Positions 51,975 through 64,000 of a stretch of DNA of 64,000 nt are shown here, one piece after another. Location: assembly GCF_009914755.1 (NCBI RefSeq), contig NC_060926.1; one strand, 5' to 3'. How positions within the stretch are numbered: position 1 is the first letter of the stretch; the number at the start of each line of letters is the position of its first letter. Source of the stretch: the human T2T-CHM13v2.0 reference genome, Homo sapiens. The position numbers and the translations under genes are program-made. The notes beneath the pieces were generated by a model that ran no database searches, was not told the origin of the DNA, and saw only the letters and a program-made list of their open reading frames with translations.

Positions 51975-52775
51975 TGCTCCCTCCAGCGGCTCTAGGGGAG
52001 AATCTTTCCTTGATTCTTCCAGCTTCTGGTGATTTCCAGCAGCAGTTTTCAGAGTTCCTTGGTTTGTGGCGGCATCACTCCAATCTCTGCCTCCGTCTTC
52101 ACATGGCTCTCTTCCCTCTGTATGTCTGTGTCCAAATTTCCCTCTCTTTACAAGGACACTACTCTAATGGGCCACCCTAATTCAGGATGACCTCATGTTA
52201 ACTAATTATATCTGCAATGACCCTGTGTTAGTCTGTTCTCACACTGCTATGAAGAAATACCTGAAACTCGGTAACTTGTAAAGGAAAGAGATTCACACTT
52301 CTATGAAGAAATACCTGAAACTCGGTAACTTGTAAAGGAAAGAGGTTCACACTTCTATGAAGAAATACCTGAAACTCGGTAACTTGTAAAGGAAAGAGGT
52401 TCAACTGACTCACAATTCTGCAGACTGTACACAAAGCATGGCTGAGGGAGGCCTCAGGAAACTTACAATCATGGCAGAAAGTGAAGGGGAAGCAGGCATG
52501 TCTTACATGGCTGGAGCAGGAGGAAGACAGCAAAGGGGAAGGTGCCACATACTTAAACAACCAGATCTCATGAGAACTCACTCACTATCAAGAGAACAGC
52601 AAGGGAGAAATCCACCCCCCTGCTCCAATCACCACCCACCGGGCCCCTCCTCCAACACTGAGATTTGGGTGGGGACACAAAGCCAAACCATATCAGACCT
52701 TGTCTCCAAATGAGGTTACTGTCACAGGATCCAGGTAGACATAAATTTGAGGGACATTCAACCCAGTGTAGCATT
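51975..52775 (-). mobile_element. MLT1 LTR interrupted by an MST LTR
   Basis: MLT1 sequence gacctcatgttaactaattatatctgcaatgaccc stops at 52223 and resumes at ~52696 (tgtctccaaatgaggttac). Confidence 0.75.
52224..52695 (-). mobile_element. MST solo LTR with an internal 54-bp triplication
   Basis: tgtgttagtctgttctcacactgctat ... gagatttgggtggggacacaaagccaaaccatatca, flanked by a gaccc/gacct 5-bp TSD-like pair. Confidence 0.88.
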
Positions 52776-55239
52776 CAGGGACCAATCACGGGGCCCTGTT
52801 CAGCCTGCCTTTATCTTCTGTCATTACCCTGCCTTCAGGTGTGCCCCCATGACCTGACCCCTGGGGAGATGGCCTGCTTGGCCCCAGCACATTGTACATT
52901 CTTGCTGTTCGAAAGTGCACTCTTCTTCCACATCCAGCCCCAATGCCAGCCTCTCCTAGCATCTCCTACGCCTCTGGAGGGCCCATGTGTTCTCCCTCAA
53001 GGGCCCCCAACCCTGCATCCTGAGAGCATCTGTCTCTGTTATGGTTTTTCTGCTTTGCTGTCTCCCCTGCTGTGCTCACTGAGAGTGGGCAGAAGTGTGG
53101 TGTGATAATGTGACTTGTGAGTAGACCCCGATGCCTACCCTGGAGGTACAGGCGGAATTCCTGCTGGAAGGGAAAGACATGCAGAGGAATGCCACGGTGG
53201 AGAGCAGCCTGGTCTGGGTCTGAGAACGCTGGCGCTCACATCCCTTCTCCTCTCCCTGTCATCGCTGTGACTGTGGGAAGGCCAACTCTTCTCCCTGACC
53301 CTCAGTTTCCATGCCAGTCATGTGGGAATAATCAGATTCCTGCCTGGCCATCTGACCTGGGCTGGGGTCTCTCCACAGGCTTAGGGGACTCAGTCTGTGA
53401 AGTGCCAGGTCACCTGGGAAGACCCCACACATCGACAGCTGGAGCTTCTCTGCCACAGCACTGCTGAGTGTCTGGGGGCTTCAGGGGCTCAGCCAGTGCC
53501 CCAAACTCTGCCATGAGCCTATCTCCCATCTAAACTGCAGGCCCAGATCTCACTGAGATGGGAGGGGGTTGCAACTCCTTCCAGAAAACAGGCTTCACGG
53601 AGGGAAGGGCCTGGCTGGGGCCGGATGGGGAATCTCCCAGGAGAAGGAAGGGCCAGGTCTAGGCAGGGTCTGAAGCCCAGTGGGATTCAAGTCACAGCCT
53701 CACCTGGGAGGCCCTGAGGGAGCAGGTGCTGTGCACTGTGGAGCTGAGATTTCTAGTTTTCTTCTCCAATCTGGGGCTGCCCTGGGAACACCGTATGCTT
53801 CTCACCATGCATGATTTCCAGTGGCTTCCCACATGGGCTGTGGTTAGCAGTTGGGTGGAAATAATCTGTGGCTGGCCTCCCTGCAGGACTCTGGGCTTCT
53901 ACTGGGCAGCAATGCTAAGCAACCTGAGGACCCAGGAGGGAATCAGAGGGCAGCAGCGGCTCGGTGGCTGTGGGTACTGGTGCACTTCTCCCTCTCTGGC
54001 CGAGGACAAGGCCTGGACCTCCACGCCATCCTGGAAAGGAATCAAGCCTGGCCACGTGTCCCTACTGCCACCTCCCAGGGGAGCCCTGAGCTCTTTAATC
54101 ACAGACACAGCAGCTCCTCCAGCTTCTGCAGGATGGGAGCCTGGGAGGTTCTCAGCAAACACTGGAAAACGTGACTTTCTTCTCCTCCCGACTCCTTCGA
54201 GAAACAATGTTCCCGAGGGCCACACCGAGGTCTTTGTTGGTGACTATAGAGTCAGTGCTCTGCTGCATACGGGCCAGATGGGCCAGATGAGCCACCATAT
54301 GGTGCCTCCAGTGAGTACTTCTGCCCGCAGCCTCTCCCGGGGCTGCCCGTCCCACCTCTGCTGTCTAATCCTGCGCAGCCCACCTTCCCCACACACCCTC
54401 CTCCAGCTTCTCCTACCAGCCCAGCACCTGGGCTATACCATGCAGCCCTTGCCCACCTCTCTGCCCTGGGCAAACCAGGCACATCCTCTCTCTCGCTGCA
54501 TCCTGGGCCACTCTAAGTCAAGCTCTGCCCGGGTGCAGCCAACAAGAGCCCCAAGCACGTGTCCTTGGCCTTCAGAGGTGACAGAGCAAAGACAATTCCC
54601 AAACCCGGAAGAAGCTGCCGGGAAGAAGAGGGCCAACCACGCAGCCAGGAAGGGCGGGGCAGGGGGGGAGCAGGGCTAGAATGGAGGGACCTTGGGTGGG
54701 TAGGAGAGTAGGGTGTGTGAGGGAAGGGAGAATGAAGAGGGAGGAAAGGGGAGCCGGGAGGGGAGACAGGGCTGCGGTGGCTGAGACACTGCACTGAGTG
54801 GTCCTGGTCAGGGAGCTGCTACTCTGTGGGCCCTGGCGGCTTTCACAGGTTTAACAAAGTCCCCCCAGGACTCAGCTTTGGCAAGTGCTCTGCAGAATAA
54901 CCGGGCAGGTATTCTCCAGTGGGTGCCACCCTGATTAAAAAGAAAATTGAAAATCTCCACACCTGCCTTGCCTTTGTGAGGAATGGGAGCCCTGGAAATC
55001 CTTCCGCCCCAATTCCCCAAAGTCACATCTCAGACAGCCCTGTAGACAGCAGGCCCTGAAACAGTGCCGACCTGAAGATGGGAGGGCATGGGGGGCCTGC
55101 CTTGACTGAGTCAAGCTGAGGACCGAGGGGAAAGCCTTTGCCCATTCTGTCCGCTTCCCCAGATGAAGGACCCCTGTGGCGGCACCTCTGGAACGATGCC
55201 CGTGCCGGGGTTTACTGTTTGGAGGAGCCACTTGTTTGA

Positions 55240-55765
55240 GAGTGTGACCAAGTGACAAAGGCCCCTGATGATGCCCTCCTGGTATCCATCCCCTACCTTC
55301 TTCCCTAGCGTGTCTGGACCTGGGACTTGCCTCTAGCAAGACAGTTTGGCCATGGCAATGGGATGTCACTTCCAAGATACATTTAACGACCCTGGCTTTT
55401 CTCTCATTTGCCCTTGTTAGTGCTGTTCCTTGCTCATTCTAATGGGGCTGCTGCCATGCTGTGAGCTGCCCCATGGAGAGACCCACAGGTGGGGAAATGG
55501 AAGAGGACTCCAGCCAACAGCCCACAAAGAACAAATTCCTGCTGAGAACCATGTGTGAACTTGGAAGCCATTACCTCCCAGTTGAGCTTTCTGATGAGAG
55601 CATAGCCCTGGCCAACAGCTCCACTGCGGCCTGAGGAGGGCCCTGGAGCCAGAGGCACCCACACAGCTGTGTCCAGATCCCCACCCGCAGAGGCAGCAAG
55701 GTAAGAGGTGCTTATCATTTTATGCTGCCACGTTTTGGAACACTTTATTATGTAGAAATAAATAC
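55240..55765 (+). mobile_element. MaLR LTR (MLT1F-like)
   Basis: ctggacctgggacttgcctctag..ggatgtcacttccaagat..gctgccatgctgtgagctgcc..ccagccaacagcc. Confidence 0.7.
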
Positions 55766-55934
55766 ATAGATTCTGAGACCTGAAAATGGGGAAGGGTGTC
55801 AGGGAACCCCCTTGAGTGAGGGAGACATGGTGTGGATGGATGTGAGAGGCTTCAAGCCCTGTATTTCCAGGTCTCTTAACATAGACTCCCTTAGGGGCAC
55901 CTTGGCCCCAGTGCCCGGGGAGCAACTGCTCCAT

Positions 55935-56768
55935 GGAGGGTGAGTTTCATTGTTATCCAGTCCTTTCCTAGAGGAAGGGCGAGTTGCACATTTACCCCGT
56001 CCATTCCTAAATGGAAGGGGGGTTACACTGTTACCCAGTCCTTCACTAGATAAAGGGTGAGTTGCAAGGTTACCCAGTCCTTTCCTAGGTGAAGGGTGAG
56101 TTGCAAGGTTACCCAGTCCGTTCCTAGATGAAGGGTGAATTGCACAGTTACCCAGTTCTTTCCTAGAGGAAGAGTGAGTTGCAAGGTTACCCAGTCCACT
56201 CCTAGGTGAAGGGTGGGTGAAGGTGCACATTTACCCAGTCCTTTCCTAAATGGAAGGTGGGTTGCACATTTACCCAGTCCTTTCCTAGGTGAAGGGTGAG
56301 TTGCAAGGTTACCCAGTCCTTTCCTAGGTGAAGGGTGAGTTGCAAGGTTACCCAGTCCTTTCCTAGATGAAAGGTGAGTTGCAAGGTTACCTAGTTCTTT
56401 CCTAGAGGAAGGGTGAGTTGCATGGTTACCCAGTCCATTCTTAGATGAAGGGTGAGTTGCACGGTTACCCAGTCCTTTCCTAGATAAAGGGTGAATTGCA
56501 CAGTTACCCAGTTCTTTCCTAGAGGAAGAGTGAGTTGCAAGGTTACCCAGTCCACTCCTAGGTGAAGGGTGGGTGAAGGTGCACATTTACCCAGTCCTTT
56601 CCTAAATGGAAGGTGGGTTGCACATTTACGCAGTCCTTTCCTAGATGAAGGGTGAGTTGCAAGGTTACCCAGTCCTTTCCTAGGTGAAGGGTGAGTTGCA
56701 AGGTTACCCAGTCCTTTCCTAGATGAAGGGTGAGTTGCACGGTTACCCAGTCCATTCTTAGATGAAGC
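55935..56768. repeat. 39-bp minisatellite, ~21 copies, with a 356-bp higher-order duplication
   Basis: Unit gaagggtgagttgcaaggttacccagtcctttcctag(a/g)t. The variant block gggtgggtgaaggtgcacattt recurs 356 bp apart. Confidence 0.97.
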
Positions 56769-57539
56769 CCAAATTGCCTTTCCAGAAATGACTGGCACTT
56801 GGCTTCTTCCTCCTACTACTCAGGGTGGCACCCCTGAAGAGACTGTGGGTTTTGGCTGTTCATGTGAGGCTGCAGAAGGAAAGTGAAAAGGTTGAGGGGT
56901 GCAGTGGGTTGGAGCTGTGAGAAGTAAGCAGGGCTTCATGGGAGTTGGTGGAGGAGAAGCGGGATGGAGATATGGCCGCACAGTGATGACCTGGCCCACG
57001 GGGTCCTGGGGCCCACTGCTCACCGGCTGCAGACTGGAAGGAAGTGGGGCCTGGTGGCCTGGGCATTTCTTCTCTCCATTCACAGCATGGAGGGGCTGGT
57101 GGAGAGTCCTTTACACTCCAGCCTCCTATCTTAGAAGCAGATACACCATGCAGTGTTGGCAGTAGGCAGGGCTTCTGCTCAGGCAGGTGAGGCAGTGGAA
57201 AGAGGTCTTAGTCTCAGTTGGCTTTGCAGTCTGTTCTCACTCAGCCTCATCCTGGAGTGACCTGGGATGCAAGTTAGATCAGGTCCCCAGCCCGCAACAG
57301 CCTCCCAGGGCAGCCCGCTGCCTACTGTGGGAGGAACAGCCTTGAGGGTGCAGAGGCCGGGAGCTCCCAGCACCCCAGGTCCTGATGCCCCCAGGAACCG
57401 TCAGGAGAAACAAGATCATATGTGAAAAGGTACAAAACAGCCTGGAGACATGGAAGACATCTTAGATAAACATAGAGGCATGGGATGTTCCAAGTTGAAA
57501 TAGCAAAATGAATAAAAATATAAACTCTTTTCTGAATTA

Positions 57540-57925
57540 ATTTATGGCATTTTAATAAAATTCGACTGTAATTCCAGTGAACCTTCAGATGGACTTCAAA
57601 GCAATGTTGTGAAGCGTAAGCAGGTGTGTTATGAAGCCACAATTCCTTCTTTGAAAAGGGTCGTGAGGAAGCACCAGCCCCAGTAGATGTTGGAGCATTT
57701 TCATAATGCAGTAATTAGACGTGTGTAGCATTTGTATGTGATTAACTGCGAGACCAGCAGGATATGGTAGACAGTCCAGGAGCCGACCGGAAGCCGACAC
57801 TGAACGTCTGGTATGGAAGGCACCACAAATCAATGGGGCAGAGATTTAGTCAATAAATGTTACTGAGACGACTGGTTAATTGTTTGGAACAAAATTTGAA
57901 ATTAGATTTCCTTCCCCTCACAGAG
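57540..57925 (+). mobile_element. Decayed L1 ORF2 3' fragment
   Basis: caccacaaatcaatgggg..ttagtcaataaatgttactgagac.actgg..aaattagat resembles the L1 ORF2 3' region. Confidence 0.5.
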
Positions 57926-58745
57926 TTTTGCAGGGAAAAAAAAAGCAGAAGAAAAAATACAGTCAACCTAGCTACCAAAGGAAGGGTTCCAGGGTATGCC
58001 CAAGGTGGGGGAAGTGGGGTGGGAGGGAGGAAGGAGGGAAGGCCGGCAGACCTTCAAAAGGAGACACGTGCCTGCAATGACTGCAGGGTAGCAGACTGGC
58101 TGCTGGAAATAAAATGTATTTCTCATTTATTAGTCCCAAATGAGGCCTGGAGACAAATACTTACAGAAAACATGACACCGAGAAGAGGAACTTTTAAAAA
58201 ACGTATCAAGGACTCAAATCAATGTGCGCAAAAAACAAAACTTGGAGAAAAAGCAACATTCCTGATATCTTTTGCACGTGAGGCAAGTGCCCTGTGACTC
58301 TTTTGTAAGGAATAATCCCTGCTTCAATGGGGGGAAGTCACTCCCCACTGTACTGTTGGATTCTGAATGTCCTTGGTTCATGCATGAACACATTGTCATT
58401 GTTCGAGTTCCTAGGCATGGGGCTCCTGGGTTGGGGATTTACATTTATTCGGCTTATAGATGTGGCTGAAAGGTTTTCCCAGTGGCCATGCCAGTGATGC
58501 CACACTGCCAGTCCCCGCTGTTCCACATTCATCTTGCCAGCTGGGGTTTGCTGCTGGACATTTCACGGGGCCACATCGATGGGTGGGTGGTGGTTCTGGG
58601 GCCATATCAGTGGATGGGTGGTCACCGCTGAGTTTCATTTTGTTTTGTTCTGGATATTAGAGAGGTTAAGCACCTGATTTTTGGATCCCTAGTTCGTAAT
58701 TTAAACTCTTCACCTAAGTTCACGCATGAGATTGGTCTCAGTCCT

Positions 58746-59102
58746 TGATATGGTTTGGCTGTGTCCTCACCCAAATCTCATCTTGAATTGTAGCTCCCAC
58801 AGCTCCTGTGTGTCATGTGAGGGACCCAGTGGGAGGTGGTTGAATCACAGGGGTGGGTCTTTTCCATGCTGGTCTCGTGATAGTGAATGGGTCTCACAAG
58901 ATCTGCTGGTTTTATAAAGGGGAGTTTCCCTGCACAAGTTCTCTCTTGCCTGCCACCATGTAAGACATGCCTTTCGCCTTCTGCCATGACTGTGAGGCAT
59001 CCCTAGCCATGTGGAACTGTGAGCCCTTTAAACCTCTTTTTCTTTATAAATTACCCGGTCTCGGGTATGTCTTTATCAGCAGTGTGAAAACAGACTAACA
59101 CA
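58746..59102 (+). mobile_element. THE1 solo LTR
   Basis: tgatatggtttggctgtgtcctcacccaaatctcatcttgaattgtagctccc ... tctcgggtatgtctttatcagcagtgtgaaaacagactaa. Confidence 0.93.
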
Positions 59103-60879
59103 GTCTTCATCTAACTCCTTCCTTGGCTTGGGCCGGGCAATCCTCCACTTTGTGTGTGCTGGAGACAGACCTGCACTGTGAGAACGGGCAGCTCTGTCCA
59201 CTCACGTCTGTCTCGCAGTGGAAGTGCCAGGAGCACGTGGTGTGGGTAAAGGATGCTCTGTCTGTTTGCCACACAAATTGATTCTGAAAATCGCCACTGC
59301 AACCTCCAAGTAGGGGCTTGTTCTTCTTCCTCCATTCCTGTCTGGTCAGAGCTGAAATTTCCTGCTGAATCAGTTTTAGAAGATCTGTTTGTTCACGAAA
59401 TGTGCCAATGCCAAGAACTTCCAGTATAATTGTAATATGTATATTTTAATTACAACATAACATGATCATGGTGGGAAAATTAGAATAATACATAAGGAAA
59501 AACGAATAAAATGATAATACAACACCTGTAATCCCATCTGCCAGAGATAATCCCCAATGATTTTTCATGTGTATTACCTGGGCTTTTATTTATATTCTTT
59601 TTTTACAAATTGTTCATAGATACTCCATACGCTTCAATTACTTACTCCACATTTTGTTGTGAAATAGCCTTTCTTTCCTCTTAGGATAGACTGTGAACAA
59701 CTTCCTAAGTCAATGAGTCCCCCTTCCCATCCAGAGTCCTTGGGTTTTTGGGCATCCTCGGATTTATTCATTGATTAGTCCATGGTTCATTTCATTCCTC
59801 ATTTAGGTTGCTTTCAAGCTTTGGTTGTAGTGAGCAACGCTATGTCTATCTTTGACCATTGTCTGAGTGATTCTCTTTTATGATTTCTTAAAAGAGAAAT
59901 GGCTGAGAAAAGCCATTTTTATTTTTTTCTCTTGTACTGTCAGGTGGTCTTCCAGAAAGCATGTGCCAACTTTTCCTCCTATGAGCAGCAGGTGACGCCC
60001 ATTTCTGAGCACACCTTATACTCTGGCTGTACATGAGAGACAGAAACCTATGCCATTGTTGTCTTAAAACCTTTTTTTTCCACGTTCACTGGTCTTGATA
60101 CTGTTTTTCCCATTTGCCCCATTTTTTCCCAGCTCTTTGGAGAGCTAATGTTTTCCAGCAGATTTGAAAAACTTCTCTTCCAAAATGGCTCTGGGAGGGG
60201 CCTCTCGTGCCTCACACCCCAACACAATGTTCTTTCTCTTCCTGGTTTAGTAAGTTTTTTTTCTTTATATATTTGTTTATTCAAAATAAATGTTGATTTT
60301 TTTGCAAATGTCTTTTGGCACCTATCACTCTTATGTTGTTTTTCTTTTTTTAACTACTGATGGGATAGTTTTTTCAACCCATTTCTCACTTAAATCTCAG
60401 CTCACAATCTTCTCAATAAAATCAAAGAGGAGTAGAATCTTTGTCATGCAAAACCTGTGAGAGCAGTCCAACTCCTCCATCTCAGGGTATGGTGGTCAGG
60501 CAGACTGCACAGCCTGCGATTTATTCACCAGTCAAGGCCAAGTCCAGGGTGGAGGCTCAGGGCTTGGGAATGTGGGCAGCTCGGGTGTGGTGGGACAGGT
60601 GGTAGGGATGGCTGGGGCCTGGGAGAGCTTCACTCAGAGCTAGCTCCCTCAACGCCCCATAAAAGTGCACAGTACAGATGGGCTTGTCTGCCGGGCCAGC
60701 ATTCCCCAGTTCCCTGTACAGGGAGCCTGTCCCTGCAGAGGCCACCAGGGCCTGGTTGGGCCTGACCTGGGCCAGGGTTCACATTCCCACCATACCCTCT
60801 GGCCAGAAGAGGAGAGGACACAGGTGTGCTGGGTTGGGGGTGGAGGCAGGCTGGTTCTGAGTAAGACAGGGCAGCCCAG

Positions 60880-61414
60880 TGTGAAAGGAAAATAAATCTT
60901 GGGACTCCCCAAGTCACTAAGCCAAAGGGAAAGGTCAAGATGGGAACTGGTTAGGGCAAACCTGCCTCCCATTCTATTCCTAAAAGAGATACCTACTAAG
61001 ATAAAAAAGCTACACACCTCCCTCACAATTTGTCCACAAGGAAGTTCCTTGCAGACAAAGGACAGACAGAACTCAAAAGTCACCCTTCTGCTCACTGAGA
61101 CGAATGCGTATCTGATTGCTCCCTTTAGAAAGGCTGATCAGAAATTCAAAAGAATGCAACCGTTTGTCTCTTTATCTTCCTATGACCTGGAAGCCTCCTC
61201 CCTGTTTCGAGTTGTCCCCGCCTTTCCAGACCAAACCAATGTTCATCTTACATACATTGATTGAGGTCTCACATCTCCCTAAAATGTATCAAACCAAGCT
61301 GTGCCCCATCACCTTGGGTGCATGTCGTCAGGACCTCCTGAGGCTGTGTCACAGGCGCGTCCCTAACCTTGGCAAAATAGACTTCCTAAATTGATTGAGA
61401 CCTTTTTGTTTATA
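60880..61414 (+). mobile_element. ERV1 solo LTR (MER4A-like)
   Basis: tgtgaaaggaaaataaatcttggga..cactaagccaaagggaaa.gtcaag ... ccctaaaatgtat.aaaccaagctg..caggacctcctgaggctgtgtcac. Confidence 0.82.
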
Positions 61415-61447
61415 GCAGGGAGGTGGTGGAAGGCAGGCAGGGAGCCA

Positions 61448-61536
61448 CCCTTCCTGTGGGTCTCCCGCTTTCCTCGGAGGCTGCAGTCCCGCGGGACGGG
61501 CCCTTCCTGTGGGTCTCCTGCTTTCCTCGGAGGCTG
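61448..61536. repeat. 53-bp-period duplication next to the LTR
   Basis: cccttcctgtgggtctcc(c/t)gctttcctcggaggctg at 61448 and 61501. Confidence 0.85.
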
Positions 61537-62852
61537 GAATGGGCAAGCATTTCAGCATCTTGGGGGAGGCAAGAATGCATCCAGGCTGAGGCCCTGACTT
61601 CTGCCCGGAAACTGCCACCCGCCCTCCTGGACGTGGCTCCACCTCACTCCAGTGACAATTACACATCTTTAAAACACTATTTTTTGGAAATTCTTTCCGA
61701 TATAGGGAAAACAGTAAGATCTCAGAAAATTTTCTGATAAACCTTGACCCGATATATTGGATGAGCCTTTGAAATGAAAACAAACTGTTCCTTGAGAACA
61801 TTTTACCCGTGGATATGATGTGGAGTCCACGGCCCCCATTCCCCACCCTTCCCATTCCCTCCCATCCCCCAAAGTCGGCGGCGGGGGTCTTGGGGCATCT
61901 GGGTGGCTCTGGGACCAGCCCACCCAACATAGGAGGGGTCACCCAGGGGTTCTAGGTTTGTCGCATCCCTGGCGGCTCACCCAGGACCCACGGTCATTCA
62001 AGCACACCATTCCTCATCCCCTCATTCAGCCGACACTTGCTGAGCACCGCCTTGGCGCTGGAGCAGTGGTTCCGGTCCATGCTGGTTGCTAGCGGCCTGC
62101 AGAGCAGCAGGGACAAGACAGCAGCTTCAGGGAAGACAGACATCAGCGTGTCAAGCGTGGGTGCCGTGGGGAAGGCAGGAAAGGCTCCCTGAGGGGTGGT
62201 GTCCAAGCTGAGAGCTGGAGTGGAATTCGGCAAAGAGAGGAGAGAGAAGAGGATGCGGGAGAGAGGCCCAGAGGAGGAAATAGACCTGCAAGGACCTCCC
62301 CTCCCCGAAGTCTGAAGCCATAGCTGATAGGCCTGCTCCACACCAAGCCCTTTCTCCTTTCCAGAGGTACCTGCGCACAGCCACCTCTGATATTTGTCAT
62401 TCTCACCTCAGTTTATTCCAGCTCTGGTCATCCCTGTATGTATCACTCATGACAGCAGCCTCATCGAAGCTCCTGTCTCCTCTTTTCCCACCTGTGAACA
62501 GAAAACACTTTCTCCCCTTTCTCCCCTTCCCCTTCTTCCTTCTTTCTCCGTCTCTGTCATGCACAGCAGGCATCAGAATAGGGCTGTGGGCAGCCCTTTG
62601 CCCAGGTCAATGTGAAGGCAAAGTTCCCAAGTGCCGGCCACTCTGCACCTGTTGTCCTTTGAGGAGAGACCCCGAAGCCCCTACATGTCTACACGTGTCT
62701 CTCCACCAGCTGCCAATGTCTTCTGCTTTCTCCTAGAAACAAGTTTGGAGAAGGATGTTATTTTATTTCCTTGCAAATTCTAGTTTTGTTTTACACCTGT
62801 TTTACTGGAAATAGACTATTTTTTAAATGGACAATGGTGAGGATCCAGTAGC

Positions 62853-63255
62853 TGATACAGTTTGGCTCTGCGTGCACCCACATCTTGTGTTCAGTTGTAA
62901 TCCTCAGTGTTGGAGATGCGGCGTGGTGGGAAGTGATTGGATTAGAGGGGTGGTTTCTAATGGTTGAACACCATACACTTGGGTGCTGTTCTCATGACAG
63001 TGAATGAGTTCTCATGAGATCTGGTCATTTCAATGTGTGTGGCATCCACCCCCCCACCACCTCCCGCTCTGGCCATGTAAGGCGTGCCTGCTTTCTCTTT
63101 GCCCTCTACCACGACTGAAAGTTTCCTGAGGCCTCCCCAGAAGCTGTCATGCTTCCTTACAGCCTGCAGAACTCTGATCCAGTTAAACCTCTTTTCTTTA
63201 TAAGTTACCCAGTCGGAGGTATTTATTTATAGCAGTGCAAGAACTGACGAATACA
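62853..63255 (+). mobile_element. MST solo LTR (MSTB-like)
   Basis: tgatacagtttggctctg..tgtaatcctcagtgttggag..ttctcatgagatctgg..ttaaacctcttttctttataa..aataca. Confidence 0.88.
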
Positions 63256-63846
63256 GTCATGATCCTGTTCCTCAAAGCCAAGACATTGGAGTGGCCAACA
63301 CTCAAGACTGCGAATGACCTTCAGGCACCGCCTGTGCATCCTTTATGGACCACACGGGTGTGTGCGCTTTGCACCGTGTGGCGACCTAGCATCAGATTGG
63401 CGCAGTCGTCTGAATATTTGTTCTCATATGACACAGCCGACTACAGAAGGATCTGCATGGATTTCTTTAATGGAAACTATTTGTAAAAGATAAGCTGTAA
63501 ACAAAGGAAATGGTTTGGAATAAAATTGATCTTTGTTTATTGTTGTTGACACTGAGAAGTTTATATTACATAATTGTATACAACCATTATAAATAAACAC
63601 CCACGAGCCTACCTCCCAGGTCAAGTCCTCGAACATGGCTAGAATCTCAGAACCCGCCAGTCCATCTCCCCAGATGCCCTCGCTCTCCACTGCCTGCCTC
63701 TCTCAATTCACAGCGGCACCCTGTGCCTGGTGGCAGCTGTTCTTTAACTTTTGGAACAACCACATCATTGTTTTTCTAAAGTTTTTCCACTTCCATTTGC
63801 ATCCTGAAACAATGTGGCAGAAATTTTATATGAAAAGCTTCATTTC

Positions 63847-64000
63847 CTCATGCCTATAATCCCAGCACTTTGGGAGGCCAAGGTGGGTGGATCACTAGGT
63901 CAGGAGTTTGAGAACAGCCTGACCAACATGGTGAAACCCCATCTCTACTAAATATACAAAAATTAGCTGGGCGTAGTGGTGCACGCTTGTAATCCCAGCT
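63847..64000 (+). mobile_element. AluS, running off the window end
   Basis: ctcatgcctataatcccagcactttgggaggccaagg..ccaacatggtgaaaccccatctctactaaa. Confidence 0.95.

Noticed and set aside
53726-54679. 317-aa + strand ORF
   Set aside because: It has a GTG start, no recognisable domain, and P/S/L-rich composition typical of chance GC-rich frames.
55799-56798. 13-aa repeat protein GLGNLATHPSxRK
   Set aside because: It comes from the 39-bp minisatellite. The frame is broken by the longer variant units, and there is no promoter or splice support.

Overview
This is human-type genomic DNA, not prokaryotic. The two genes place it in distal 2q37.3. Two small protein-coding genes lie head-to-tail on the minus strand, and both could be rebuilt exon by exon with canonical GT-AG splice sites. 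COPS9 (MYEOV2/CSNAP, 57 aa) has CDS exons 7058-6996, 4779-4707 and 1862-1825 behind a CpG-island/ETS promoter. OTOS (otospiralin, 89 aa) has a TATA promoter near 11456, a non-coding exon 1, and CDS exons 11100-11043, 10862-10836 and 10128-9944. The remaining ~52 kb (12-64 kb) has no recognisable protein-coding gene. It is a mosaic of Alu, L1, L2, MIR, MaLR/ERV LTRs and hAT DNA transposons, plus many minisatellites (56/57-bp x~29, 39-bp x~21, 47-, 51-, 42-, 54- and ~18-bp units) and two long GT/CA tracts. Almost all ORFs in the supplied track are chance or repeat-derived. I found no firm evidence of a new biological system. The best leads are regulatory hypotheses: a CRE/ATF-motif-dense VNTR cluster at 28-32 kb, a POU-III octamer beside the OTOS micro-exon, an unexplained 61-bp duplicated element upstream of OTOS, a perfect DUX4 site in a MaLR LTR, a MER53 miR-1302-like hairpin, and phase-compatible OTOS-COPS9 read-through splicing. 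Repeat family names come from remembered consensus sequences and their boundaries are approximate.
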